Part shown: piece after piece, positions 17,301 to 25,568 of the stretch
How the letters are laid out: each line of letters opens with the position of its first letter
How positions within the stretch are numbered: position 1 is the stretch's first letter
Origin: Microcystis aeruginosa NIES-843
GTDB taxonomy: Bacteria; Cyanobacteriota; Cyanobacteriia; Cyanobacteriales; Microcystaceae
DNA: 32,000 nucleotides
Direction: 5' to 3'
Assembly (NCBI RefSeq): GCF_000010625.1
Contig: NC_010296.1
Span: 5,520,001 to 5,552,000, forward strand
The notes under the pieces: model-generated
Databases searched by the model: none
The model's input: the letters and a program-made list of their open reading frames with translations, nothing else
Told to the model about the DNA's origin: nothing
Made by a program: the position numbers and the translations under genes

Positions 17301-20300
17301 TCCTGTTAGGTTATCTTGGCTGTTTTGGTTAATTTCTTCTGTGAATCTGTCTAACAAGATTAGCGGCGCTTGATGTTCGGGTAGTTTATCGATTAATCCC
17401 TCTTGAGTGAGCAATAATGACAGTTGAGCATCAGCGATGGCAAATTGTAGCCGTTCACTGGGATAATCTGGGTCGAGAGGTAGATATGCACCACCCGCTT
17501 TTAATATCCCCAATAACCCCACAATCATCTCTAAGGAACGCTCAAGGGAAATACCGACTAAAGTATCAGCTTTTACGCCTAATTTCCGCAGATAATGAGC
17601 TAATTGATTAGCACGACAATTTAACTCATTGTAGGTTAATTGTTGCTGGGAACAGACCACTCCTACCGCGTCGGGTGTGCGTTTTACCTGTTCCTCAAAT
17701 AACTGATGAATACACTTATACTCAGGATAGTCAACTTGAGTATTATTCCACTCAATTAATAACTGATTAGTCTCGCTTTCTGTCAGTAAGGGTAATTGGG
17801 AAATCCGCGCTTGAGGATTGGCCGCAATTCCCCCTAATAAGTTGAGAAAATGCCCTGATAATCGCTCAATAGTGCTACTTTCAAACAAATCAGTATTATA
17901 TTCCCAGACACCTTTTAAGCCATCATCGGTGTTAACCATAGCTAAGGTTAAATCAAACTTAGCTGTGGTATTTTCCGGTGGCAAATCTGTCACCGTTAAT
18001 CCCGTCATTGCAATCTCAGACTTAGGTGTATTTTGCAGGACAAAAGCGACGTGAAATAGGGGAGTATGGCTCAAATCCCGTTCCGGTTGCAACGCTTCGA
18101 CTAACATTTCAAAGGGTAAGTCTTGATGCGCGTAAGCATCCATTGTCACTTCCCGAACACGGGTTAATAACTGACTAAAACTCGGATTGTCTGATAAATC
18201 CGTCCGCATCACTAAAGTATTAACAAAGAAGCCGATTAAACCCTCAATTTCACCGCGATTACGATTAGCGATGGGAGTTCCTACTAAAATATCACTTGAC
18301 CCTGTATAACGATACAGTAAAGCATCAAAAGCAGCCAACAGCGTCATAAATAATGTCACCCCTTGTTGGCGACTCAATTCAGTCAAAGCTTGGCTAAGTT
18401 TGGGGGAAAGGGAAAATTCTTGCTGAGTACCGACAAAGCTTTGCACCGCAGGTCGAGGGTGGTCTGTGGGAAGAGATAATAAAGAAGGTGCATTTGCTAG
18501 TTGATTTTGCCAGTAATTTAATTGACTTTGTAGGACATCCCCTTGTAACCATTGTTTTTGCCAAACTGCAAAATCTGCATACTGAATCGGTAAGGGAGCT
18601 AAATTTGCGGGATGATTTTGAGTGTAAGCATTATATAAGCTGGTCAGTTCGTGAATAAATACTTCTATTGACCAACCATCACTAATAATGTGGTGCATAC
18701 ACACTAATAAGAGATGTTCCGTCTCCGATAGCACCACTAAAGTGATTCTGATTAAGGATTCTTTGGCTAAATTAAAGGGTTGAGTGGCTTGTTTTTGCTT
18801 TAATTGCTGTGTTTTTTCTTCTTGCTCCTGGATGGGTAAATCTTGTAAATCAACGACCGATATTGTCTCCCTTGTTGTTTGAATAACCTGAGTCGGTTGT
18901 CCATCAATCGTGACAAAATTAGTCCGTAATACTTCATGGCGATTACAGATTTCTCGTAAACTTTGTTCTAAGGCCTTTTGATTGAGGTTGCCTCGGAAAT
19001 GCAACACCATCGGTATATTGTATAAAGCGCTATTTGGTTGCAATTTATCTAAAAACCATAAACGCTGTTGAGCAAAAGATAGAGGTAGTTCTGTATCCTT
19101 AGTTCTCGGTAAAATCGGGGGTACTGTTAGCGTGAGATTTTGCTGCTGTAATTGTCCAATGAGATGCGCTAATTCGGCTACCGTAGCTGCACCAAATAAA
19201 CTCCGCAAAGGTAGTTCTATTTTAAATAAACTCCGAATCCGAGAAACTAATTGAGTTGCGAGGAGAGAATGGCCGCCAATTTCAAAGAAATTATCATAAA
19301 TTCCCACTTGATCTATTTTGAGTATTTCTGTCCAAATTTGCACCAACATCTCTTCAATTCCATTGCGTGGTGCTACATATTGATCCCGGCGATTTCCTAT
19401 CTTATCTGGTGCGGGTAAAGCGCGACGATCTACCTTACGATTAGTAGTAAGGGGTAAAGATTCCAGAAAAACAAAAGCTTGAGGAACCATATACAAAGGC
19501 AATTTACTGGACAGAAACTGACGCAGTTCACTAATCATCGGTATCCGTTCGTAATGAGCTACTATGTAGGCGACTAAATATTTATCCCCCGGAGTATCTT
19601 CCCGAATAATCACACAAGATGTTTGTACATCAATATTTTGGTTAAGTACCGCTTCAATTTCTCCTAACTCAATACGGAATCCGCGAATTTTAACCTGATT
19701 GTCAATCCGGCCAAAACATTCAATATTACCATCAGGTAAATAACGCGCTAAATCTCCCGTTTTATACAAACGATTGAACGGTGAATGAGCAAAGGGATTG
19801 TTAATAAATTTTTCAGCAGTCAATTCGGGCCGATTCAGATAACCCCGCGCTAAACGAACACCGCATAGATGCAATTCTCCCTTAACTCCAATGGGTACAG
19901 GTTGCAGATTTTGATCTAGTATGTATGCTTTTGTATTAGCAATGGGACGACCAATCAGCACTGAATTGATTTTTTCTGACTGATAATCTAGCAAGTCATG
20001 AACTATGGCGGTTACAGACGCTTCTGTGGGGCCATATACATTAATACATTGAACCCGTTTTCCGACCATTTGTCGCCAAATATTGACGGTTTCTGGTAAC
20101 ACTGCATCCCCTCCCACGGCGACGACCCGCAGACTGGATGGTACAGTAGCTAATGATTGGGAAACGGCGAGCGCCCATTCATGCCAATAGGCAGGGGTAA
20201 TATTTAAAACGGTGAGGCTTTCTTGTTCGATAAAATCGGCAAAATCAGTCAAAGTTGGGAACATTTGCCCTGGTCTTAAGACCACTGTGCCACCTTTTAA

Positions 20301-23300
20301 CCAAGTGGGGAAAATTTCTTCCGCAGCGACATCAAAGCCAAAGGAAGCAAACTGTAAAACGCGATCAGATTCTGTTAAACCGAATACTTCACTAATGCCC
20401 CAACTATGATTAACTAAAGCTTCATGAGTTAACATCACTCCTTTAGGTTTACCGGTTGAACCAGATGTATATAATAGGCATAGTAAATTTTCTGGAACCA
20501 CTTCACTGAAGGGATTTTCTGGACTTTGAACCGTCAAAATCTCGGCTAATTTATCTAAGACAATTACCCCCACATCTTCTGCTGGTAAAGAATCGAGTAA
20601 ACTTTCTTGAGTTAGCAGTAGAGAAATTTGGGCATCTTCTGCCATATAAGTCAACCGTTGCTGGGGATAATCTGGATCTAAAGGTATATAGGCTCCTCCA
20701 GCTTTGAGAACTGCTAATAATCCGACAATAACTAACAGCGACCGCTCTAAATAAATGCCAACTAAAACTTCTGAATTTACCCCCAAAGATTGGAGATAAT
20801 GGGCTAATTGATTCGCCTGAATATTTAAGTCTTGATAGGTTAATTCTTGACCTTCAAAGACCACTGCTACTGCAGCCGGTGTTCGTGCTGCTTGTTCTTC
20901 AAATAAATGATGAATACACTGATGGAAAGGATAGTCTTTTTCGGTGGCATTCCAGTCTTTTAATAATTCTTTTGCCTCTACTTCGGTTAATAGTGGTAGT
21001 TGAAAGATTGGCTGCTGCGGGTTAACAACCAATGCTTCTAGTAGGGTGATGAAATTTCCTGTTAATCGCTCAATGGTACTGCGATCAAATAAATCGGTAT
21101 TATATTCCCATACCCCTTTTAATTCTGCACCGGTATTCTCCATCGCCAGGGTTAGATCAAATTTGGCGGTGTCATTTTCTGTGGTGAGGGGAGTGGCGGT
21201 TAATCCTGTTAGTTCTAAGGGAGACGGGGGACTATTTTGCAGCAGAAAATCCACTTGAAATAAAGGCGCGTGACTTAAATCTCGTTCAGGTTGTAGGACT
21301 TCTACTAACATTTCAAAGGGCAAATCCTGATGAGCATAGGCATCCATTGCCATTTCCCGTACTCGACCCAATAACTGATTAAAATTGGGCTTACCTGACA
21401 AGTCAATTCGCAGAACCAAAGTATTGACAAAAAAGCCGATTAAACCTTCAATTTCACTGCGATTACGGTTAGCAATGGGAGTACCAATTAAGATGTCTTC
21501 CTGTTCTGTATAACGGTAAAGTAAGACAGCATAAGCGGTTAACAGGGTCATAAATAAGGTGACACCCTGTTCCTGGGTTAATTGGGTCAGTTTTTCGGTT
21601 AATTCCCAAGAAAGGCTAAAGGGTAAATGTCCCCCAGCAAAACTTTGTTGATTGGGTCGAGGTCTATCTGTTGGTAAAGATAGAAGGGCCGGTGCGCCGG
21701 CTAACTGTTTTTGCCAGTAATCTAGTTGCTGTTGCAATACCTCTCCCTGCAGCCATTGTCTTTGCCAAAGGGTAAAATCTCCATACTGGATAGATAGGGG
21801 ATTTAGGGGCGAAGATAAACCCTGAATATAGGCATTATAGAGGGCGGTTAGTTCCTGAAGAAATACCCCCATTGACCAGCCATCACTGACAATGTGGTGC
21901 ATACAGACTAATAAGAGATGTTCCGTTTCAGATAACACCACTAAAGTGATTCTGATTAAGGGTTCACCGGCTAAGTCAAAGGGTTGAATCGCTTGATTTT
22001 GTGCTAACTCTTGGGAGGCAATTGCTTGTTCACTACCAGATAAATGCTGTAAATCAACAACCGTAACTGTCCAGTTTCGTGCTTGTATAACTTGGGTAGG
22101 GATACCATCAACGGTAATAAAGTTGGTGCGTAAAGCCTCATGGCGATCAAAAATTTCTTCTAAACTCTGGATTAAGATTTCTGAGTTTAAAGTTCCCTCT
22201 AAACGCAAGGCTAGGGGTATATTATAAAAAGAACTATTCGACTCAAATTCAGCCAAAAACCAGAGACGAGTCTGAGCAAAAGATAGGGGTAATTCTGCTG
22301 CTTTGTCCCTGGGTAAAATCGGCAGTTCAGTTAGTTGTTCTCCTTCGGAAAGCCGTTTTATTTCTTGGGACAATTCGGCGATTGTCGGTGCAACAAATAA
22401 CTCGCGTAAGGGTATTTCTACCTGAAAAGCCTCACGGATGCGCGAAATTAGTTGCGTTGCTAATAATGAATGTCCACCCAACTCAAAGAAGTTGTCGTGA
22501 ATCCCCACCTGTGCAACTTTTAGCACTTTTGCCCAAATCGAGGATAATATCTCCTCAATGGGGTTACGCGGCGCAATGTATTGCGCTTGGCTTTGGAATT
22601 CGGGAGCCGGTAAAGCACGATGATCAATCTTACCATTGGGCGTTAAGGGTAGGGATTCCAAAATGACAAAGGCACTAGGAATCATATACTCTGGTAACTT
22701 AGCTTTCAGGAATTGCCGCAGTTCAGTAACATTAAGCGAATTTTTCTCTTTTTGGGGGGAAATAATCTCTACTTGGGGAATAATATAAGCGACTAAACGT
22801 TTCTGATTTGTCTCATCTTCTTGGGCAATCACAACAGCCGTTTTTACTGCATTGTGCTGACTAAGAACGGTTTCAATTTCTCCCAATTCAATGCGGAAAC
22901 CCCGAATTTTTACTTGATTGTCAATCCGTCCTAAATACTCAATATTACCGTCGGGTAAATACCGACATAAATCTCCCGTTTTATATAATTTTGACGGCTC
23001 ATTGCCCCCCTTATTAAGGGGGGTTGGGGGGATCACTTCATCCTTCTCAAAAGAATTAGGGATAAATTTCTCTTGTGTTAACTCTGGACGATTAAAATAA
23101 CCCCGCGCTAATCCCATACCACCAATATGTAATTCTCCAGCTACCCCCACAGGAACAGGTTGTAAGAAAGCATCGAGAATATAAACCTGAGTATTACTGA
23201 TGGGTCGCCCAATGGGAATATTGGTTATAGTTGGTGAAGTAAATTCGGAGAAAGTCGCCGCAATGGTTGCTTCCGTTGGTCCGTAACCATTTAATAGTCG

Positions 23301-25568
23301 AGGAAGAGGGGAATATTGACCCGTAACTGTTTGCCATTGCTGGACTTTTGCCGGTTGAATGGCTTCCCCACCAATGACAATTAGTTTAATCTTTGAGAGA
23401 ATTGGCAGGGTATCAGGGGTTAATTCAGAGGCTAATTGATGCCAATAGGCAGTAGGAAAACTTAAAACCGTTAATTGCCATTTTTGACAACATTGCCAAA
23501 AATACTCACTAGAGCGCAACATCTCTTCTGTTCGCAATACCAAGGTCGCACCCGATAACAAACTAACAAAGATTTCTTCAACAGAAGCATCAAAGCAGAT
23601 AGAGGAAAATTGCAGAATTTGATCCTCTGAGGTAATACCATACTCTCGAATAGTAGTTAGGATATAGTTGACTACTGAGCGATGTTCAATCATTACCCCT
23701 TTGGGTTGACCTGTGGAGCCAGAGGTGTAGATAATATAGGCTAAATTGTGCTGCTCAACTGCTACCAAAGGGTTAACTGTACTCTGTTTGGCGATTATTG
23801 ACCAGTCTTGATCTAAACAGATAGTTGTTCCTTGAAATGCTGGTAATTGTTCCAGAAGTTGTGATTGAGTCAGGAGAATACTAAGTTGAGTATCTTCAAG
23901 AATATAGGTAATTCGCTCTTTTGGATAATTAATATCTAAAGGAACGTAAGCTCCCCCAGCTTTAAGTATTCCCAGGATTCCGATAATCATCTCTAGGGAA
24001 CGTTCAACAAAAATCCCGACTAAACTATCGGCTTTTACCCCTAAAAATTGTAGGTAATGGGCTAACTGATTAGCCTTACAGTTTAACTCCTCGTAGGTTA
24101 AAAATTCATCTTCTAGTCTAACAGCGATCGCCTGTGGATTCTGTTTTACTTGTTGTTCAAACAACTGATGCAGACATAAATCATTTTTGTAGTCAGTTTC
24201 AGTCTGATTCCAATCAAATAATAACTGATTGCGCTCACTTTCTGTCAGTAATGGTAATTGGCTAACGGTTTGTTCTGGATTAGCAATAATCCCAGTTAAT
24301 AGGTTAACAAAATGCCCTGATAATCGCTCAATTGTACTTTTGTCAAACAGATCTGTATTATATTCCCAAATCGCAGTTAATCCAGCTTCTTTTACCTGTA
24401 TAGATAAACTTAAGTCAAACTTAGCTGTCTTAAATTCTAAAGGCTGACGAGTGGCTTTTATTCCTTCTAAATCTATACTATCTACAATTTCATTATCTAA
24501 ACCAAACATCACCTGAAATAAAGGAGTATAACTCATATTTCTTTCAGGTTGTAGGGACTCTACTAACATCTCAAAAGGTAAATCTTGATGGTCGTAAGCA
24601 TCCGTTGCTGTTTCTCGTACCTGTTTTAATAACTCGCTAAAACTGGGATTTCCTGCTAAATCTGTTCTTAAGACTAAGGTATTGACAAAAAAGCCGATTA
24701 ACCCAGCTAATTCACTACGAGTACGGTTAGCGATGGGAGTACCGACTAAAATGTCTGTTTGTCCTGTGTAACGATAGAGTAAGGTCTGAAATGCGGTTAA
24801 CAGGGTCATAAATAAGGTGACACCTTTTTCCCGACTCAGCTTATTTAACCCTTGACTAAGTTCTGGAGAAAGGATACATTTTATGCGATCTCCCTGAAAA
24901 CTTTGTTGTAGAGGACGGGGATAATCCGTAGGTAGATGTAATAAGGCGGGTGCTGCTGCTAACTGTTTTTGCCAGTAATTTAACTGATTTTGTCGGATTT
25001 CTCCCTGCAAATATTCCCTTTGCCAAATTGCAAAATCTGCGTACTGGATTGGTAACTCTTGTAAAAGAGGTTCTAAACCTTTAGTATAGGCATTATAAAG
25101 GGTTGTCAATTCCTCAATAAATACCCCCATTGACCAACCATCAGAGACAATATGGTGCAGACAAATCAGCAAAAAATGTTCTGTGTCTGATAACTTAAGT
25201 AGGGTGGCCCTAATCAGGGAGTCATTGGCTAAATCAAAGGGTTGATGACTGTGAATTTCTAGCCATTTTTTTATTTCCTGCTCTTCTCGATATTTTGGGC
25301 TGTCTTTCCCATTGACAAGCGTTAATTGCCAATTACTTTCTGGTTTGATTATTTGTACAGGATTTCCCTCAATAGTGGCGAAATTTGTGCGGAGGGACTC
25401 ATGGCGCTGAATAATTTCTTGTAGGCTTTTTTCGAGGACATCTACCTGGAGATTTCCTGCTAAATGCAAGGCCAAGGAAATATTATAAAAGGGACTGTTT
25501 GGTTCTAATTGATCTAAGAACCATAAACGCTGTTGGGCATAAGATAAAGGTAATTCTTCAAAATTCAT
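11394..25568 (-). CDS. NRPS, four modules (modules 3-6): (C-A-T)x3 + C-A(N-MT)-T
   Basis: 4724 aa. There are four LCL-type C domains (LS[FYW]AQxRLWF; [LMI]HHI[VIA][SA]DGWS), four A domains and four T domains (F[FE]xGGHSLLATQ). A methyltransferase is inserted in the last A domain. The ATG at 25568 overlaps the upstream stop in an ATGA arrangement. Confidence 0.95.
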   Translation of the reverse strand: MNFEELPLSYAQQRLWFLDQLEPNSPFYNISLALHLAGNLQVDVLEKSLQEIIQRHESLRTNFATIEGNPVQIIKPESNWQLTLVNGKDSPKYREEQEIKKWLEIHSHQPFDLANDSLIRATLLKLSDTEHFLLICLHHIVSDGWSMGVFIEELTTLYNAYTKGLEPLLQELPIQYADFAIWQREYLQGEIRQNQLNYWQKQLAAAPALLHLPTDYPRPLQQSFQGDRIKCILSPELSQGLNKLSREKGVTLFMTLLTAFQTLLYRYTGQTDILVGTPIANRTRSELAGLIGFFVNTLVLRTDLAGNPSFSELLKQVRETATDAYDHQDLPFEMLVESLQPERNMSYTPLFQVMFGLDNEIVDSIDLEGIKATRQPLEFKTAKFDLSLSIQVKEAGLTAIWEYNTDLFDKSTIERLSGHFVNLLTGIIANPEQTVSQLPLLTESERNQLLFDWNQTETDYKNDLCLHQLFEQQVKQNPQAIAVRLEDEFLTYEELNCKANQLAHYLQFLGVKADSLVGIFVERSLEMIIGILGILKAGGAYVPLDINYPKERITYILEDTQLSILLTQSQLLEQLPAFQGTTICLDQDWSIIAKQSTVNPLVAVEQHNLAYIIYTSGSTGQPKGVMIEHRSVVNYILTTIREYGITSEDQILQFSSICFDASVEEIFVSLLSGATLVLRTEEMLRSSEYFWQCCQKWQLTVLSFPTAYWHQLASELTPDTLPILSKIKLIVIGGEAIQPAKVQQWQTVTGQYSPLPRLLNGYGPTEATIAATFSEFTSPTITNIPIGRPISNTQVYILDAFLQPVPVGVAGELHIGGMGLARGYFNRPELTQEKFIPNSFEKDEVIPPTPLNKGGNEPSKLYKTGDLCRYLPDGNIEYLGRIDNQVKIRGFRIELGEIETVLSQHNAVKTAVVIAQEDETNQKRLVAYIIPQVEIISPQKEKNSLNVTELRQFLKAKLPEYMIPSAFVILESLPLTPNGKIDHRALPAPEFQSQAQYIAPRNPIEEILSSIWAKVLKVAQVGIHDNFFELGGHSLLATQLISRIREAFQVEIPLRELFVAPTIAELSQEIKRLSEGEQLTELPILPRDKAAELPLSFAQTRLWFLAEFESNSSFYNIPLALRLEGTLNSEILIQSLEEIFDRHEALRTNFITVDGIPTQVIQARNWTVTVVDLQHLSGSEQAIASQELAQNQAIQPFDLAGEPLIRITLVVLSETEHLLLVCMHHIVSDGWSMGVFLQELTALYNAYIQGLSSPLNPLSIQYGDFTLWQRQWLQGEVLQQQLDYWQKQLAGAPALLSLPTDRPRPNQQSFAGGHLPFSLSWELTEKLTQLTQEQGVTLFMTLLTAYAVLLYRYTEQEDILIGTPIANRNRSEIEGLIGFFVNTLVLRIDLSGKPNFNQLLGRVREMAMDAYAHQDLPFEMLVEVLQPERDLSHAPLFQVDFLLQNSPPSPLELTGLTATPLTTENDTAKFDLTLAMENTGAELKGVWEYNTDLFDRSTIERLTGNFITLLEALVVNPQQPIFQLPLLTEVEAKELLKDWNATEKDYPFHQCIHHLFEEQAARTPAAVAVVFEGQELTYQDLNIQANQLAHYLQSLGVNSEVLVGIYLERSLLVIVGLLAVLKAGGAYIPLDPDYPQQRLTYMAEDAQISLLLTQESLLDSLPAEDVGVIVLDKLAEILTVQSPENPFSEVVPENLLCLLYTSGSTGKPKGVMLTHEALVNHSWGISEVFGLTESDRVLQFASFGFDVAAEEIFPTWLKGGTVVLRPGQMFPTLTDFADFIEQESLTVLNITPAYWHEWALAVSQSLATVPSSLRVVAVGGDAVLPETVNIWRQMVGKRVQCINVYGPTEASVTAIVHDLLDYQSEKINSVLIGRPIANTKAYILDQNLQPVPIGVKGELHLCGVRLARGYLNRPELTAEKFINNPFAHSPFNRLYKTGDLARYLPDGNIECFGRIDNQVKIRGFRIELGEIEAVLNQNIDVQTSCVIIREDTPGDKYLVAYIVAHYERIPMISELRQFLSSKLPLYMVPQAFVFLESLPLTTNRKVDRRALPAPDKIGNRRDQYVAPRNGIEEMLVQIWTEILKIDQVGIYDNFFEIGGHSLLATQLVSRIRSLFKIELPLRSLFGAATVAELAHLIGQLQQQNLTLTVPPILPRTKDTELPLSFAQQRLWFLDKLQPNSALYNIPMVLHFRGNLNQKALEQSLREICNRHEVLRTNFVTIDGQPTQVIQTTRETISVVDLQDLPIQEQEEKTQQLKQKQATQPFNLAKESLIRITLVVLSETEHLLLVCMHHIISDGWSIEVFIHELTSLYNAYTQNHPANLAPLPIQYADFAVWQKQWLQGDVLQSQLNYWQNQLANAPSLLSLPTDHPRPAVQSFVGTQQEFSLSPKLSQALTELSRQQGVTLFMTLLAAFDALLYRYTGSSDILVGTPIANRNRGEIEGLIGFFVNTLVMRTDLSDNPSFSQLLTRVREVTMDAYAHQDLPFEMLVEALQPERDLSHTPLFHVAFVLQNTPKSEIAMTGLTVTDLPPENTTAKFDLTLAMVNTDDGLKGVWEYNTDLFESSTIERLSGHFLNLLGGIAANPQARISQLPLLTESETNQLLIEWNNTQVDYPEYKCIHQLFEEQVKRTPDAVGVVCSQQQLTYNELNCRANQLAHYLRKLGVKADTLVGISLERSLEMIVGLLGILKAGGAYLPLDPDYPSERLQFAIADAQLSLLLTQEGLIDKLPEHQAPLILLDRFTEEINQNSQDNLTGVVTANNLANLIYTSGSTGKPKGVMVEHRGLFNLATAQIKTFNLQSNSRLLQFASLNFDASIWEIIMAIGSGATLYLDTKDALMPGLPLMGRLKDYGITHVTLPPSALAALPLEEIPELQTIIVGGEACSEELIKQWARGRNFFNAYGPTETSVCATVEKWTDETLKVTIGRPIANTQIYILDSHLQPVPIGVPGELHIGGMGLARGYLNRPELTQEKFIPNPFEKDEVIPPTPLNKGGNEPSKLYKTGDLARYLPDGKIEYLGRIDNQVKLRGFRIELGEIESLLNQNEAVQSSCVIVREDNLGDKRLVAYVVPQPEINLTINEIRQFLRAKLPDYMVPTAFIRLDAFPLTPNGKIDRRALPVPDLQSQGEYIAPRNPIEEKMAQIWGDVLKLKRVSIEDNFFELGGHSLLATQVISRLQETFEIVVPLRYLFESPTIAQLSAVILKELQTGLGLKLPSIVPVNREDDIPLSWAQERLWFVNQLEGESGAYTIDLTMRLQGNLNVKALEKAFQAIIQRHEPLRTQFKLKDNQPIQAIDPNVTFTLPVVNLQNLSHSEQQVKNLLLAAASEPFDLESGSVLRVKLWQVKTEEYVLLLAIHHIAADGWSLGVLIDELSVYYRSFCTGTKADLPTLSIQYADFALWQRQWLTNEVLDRQLSYWKQQLTGVPLLHQLPTDRPRPAIQSFRGGTERLQLDSQLTQQLKKLSQESGSTLFMTLLAGFAVLLSRYSQQTDVVIGSPIANRNRTEIEGLIGFFVNSLVLRFDLSQDPTFEDFLAQVRQTTQDAYDHQDLPFEMLVEKLQIERHLDRNPLTQIVFALQNAPSSPWDLPGVNIEEIPSGLDSVRVDLEVYLWDAAEGLGGFCSYNRDLFDAETIVRMMTHFKTLLAAIVENPRQSVASLPLLNPEEEYQLLEGWNETKADYSYNKCIHQLIEEQAARTPDAVAVVFENQQLTYAELNSQANQLAHYLRSLGLETEVIVGLCVERSLDMIVALIGILKAGAAYLPLDPEYPQERLQLMLEDSQVPLLLTQSSLIDKLPNHRGQTIFLAEIWQEIKPMNWDNLTGKVTASNLANVIYTSGSTGKPKGVMVEHQGLCNLALAQIQTFAVSSQSRVLQFASFSFDACISEVLMALGAGATLYLASKENLMPGLPLIKQLRENKITHITLPPSALAVLSWENLSSLQTIIVAGEACSPELVKKWSQGRNFFNGYGPTEGSVCATVAKCTPFDTKITIGRPIPHVQVYILDSHLQPVPIGVPGELHIGGAGVARGYLNRPELTAEKFISNPFVSLDPPLTPLDKGGEQPSKLYKTGDLARYLPDGKIEYLGRIDNQVKVRGFRLELGEIEAVLSQHPLVQEAVVMARADQASDHDHDQLNTNLVAYLVPALKGQVLPEQLAQWQSEYVSDWQKIYEESYSKPQPQTDDPTFNISGWNSSYTRQAIPAAEMQEWVDQTVSRILGNQPPQRVLEIGCGSGLLLFRVAKHCQEYWGADYSAATINNLEHLCSTIEGLEGKVRLLHRTADDFTGIPQATFDRVVINSVVQYFPSVDYLLQVIAGAVKAIADQGKIFLGDIRSLSLLEPYHAAVQLARAEANKTLEEWQKQVNQSVATEEELLIAPQFFIALKQRFPRISWVEIAPKRGQADNELTQFRYDVTLHLDTNGQKTTIPWLNWQRDRFSLGQLQDKLKLEQPEYLGIRDVPNQRLQKALQILDCLENSPGVTTVGELRQLLAKNSGIGINPEQMWQLGEQLGYTVHLSWWEGSQDGSFDVVFCRQNAILEPIISKVDQQPYPNFWDDETIIPKSWTDYTNNPLYGKLVQKLIPQVREFVQQKLPSYMVPQAFVLLNTLPLTPNGKVDRQALPTPDTATRNLATGFLAPRTPIETQMSQIWSEVLGVERIGIKDNFFELGGHSLLATQVISRSRDLFSVELSLQNLLEYPTIANLAQIIEVLTVAPGQTAMTESLEDYEDGEL
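11990..13120 (-). other. N-methyltransferase domain embedded in the module 6 A domain
   Basis: SAM motif I VLEIGCGSGLLLF is encoded at about 12888..12920. It is flanked upstream by A8 (GRIDNQVKVRGFRLELGEIE) and downstream by A9/A10 (LPSYMVPQAFVLL...NGKVDRQAL). Confidence 0.85.
13370..13450 (-). repeat. Diverged copy of the block in module 6 (encodes FVSLDPPLTPLDKGGEQPSKLYKTGD)
   Basis: ctcccgttttgtataattttgacggctgctctCCCCCCttatcaaGGGGGGttagggggggatcaagggagac. The hairpin arms are at 13402..13420. It occupies the same A6-A7 loop position. Confidence 0.8.
15900..19091 (-). other. Module 5 (C-A-T), signature DAWTIGAVCK (Phe-like / bulky hydrophobic)
   Basis: Read from NFDASIWEI / ITHVTLPP / IIVGGE / NAYGPTETSVC. 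The module contains the 81-nt palindromic block. Confidence 0.55.
16556..16636 (-). repeat. 81-nt block, copy in module 5
   Basis: Identical string to 8443..8523, compared base by base. The palindrome is at 16588..16606. Confidence 0.9.
19092..22295 (-). other. Module 4 (C-A-T), signature DVENAGVVTK (non-canonical; candidate Ahp-precursor module)
   Basis: Read from GFDVAAEEI / LTVLNIT / VAVGGD / NVYGPTEASVT. It has no palindromic insert in the A6-A7 loop (NNPFAHSPFNRLYKTGDL). Its A6 motif is the unusual GELHLCGVRLARGYL. Confidence 0.5.
22296..25568 (-). other. Module 3 (C-A-T), signature DAESVGGIAK; the first four positions resemble a Lys code
   Basis: Signature read by hand from CFDASVEEI / LTVLSFP / IVIGGE / NGYGPTEATIA. 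The assignment is tentative. The module contains the 81-nt palindromic block. Confidence 0.5.
22973..23053 (-). repeat. 81-nt block, copy in module 3
   Basis: Identical string to 8443..8523. The palindrome is at 23005..23023. Confidence 0.9.
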
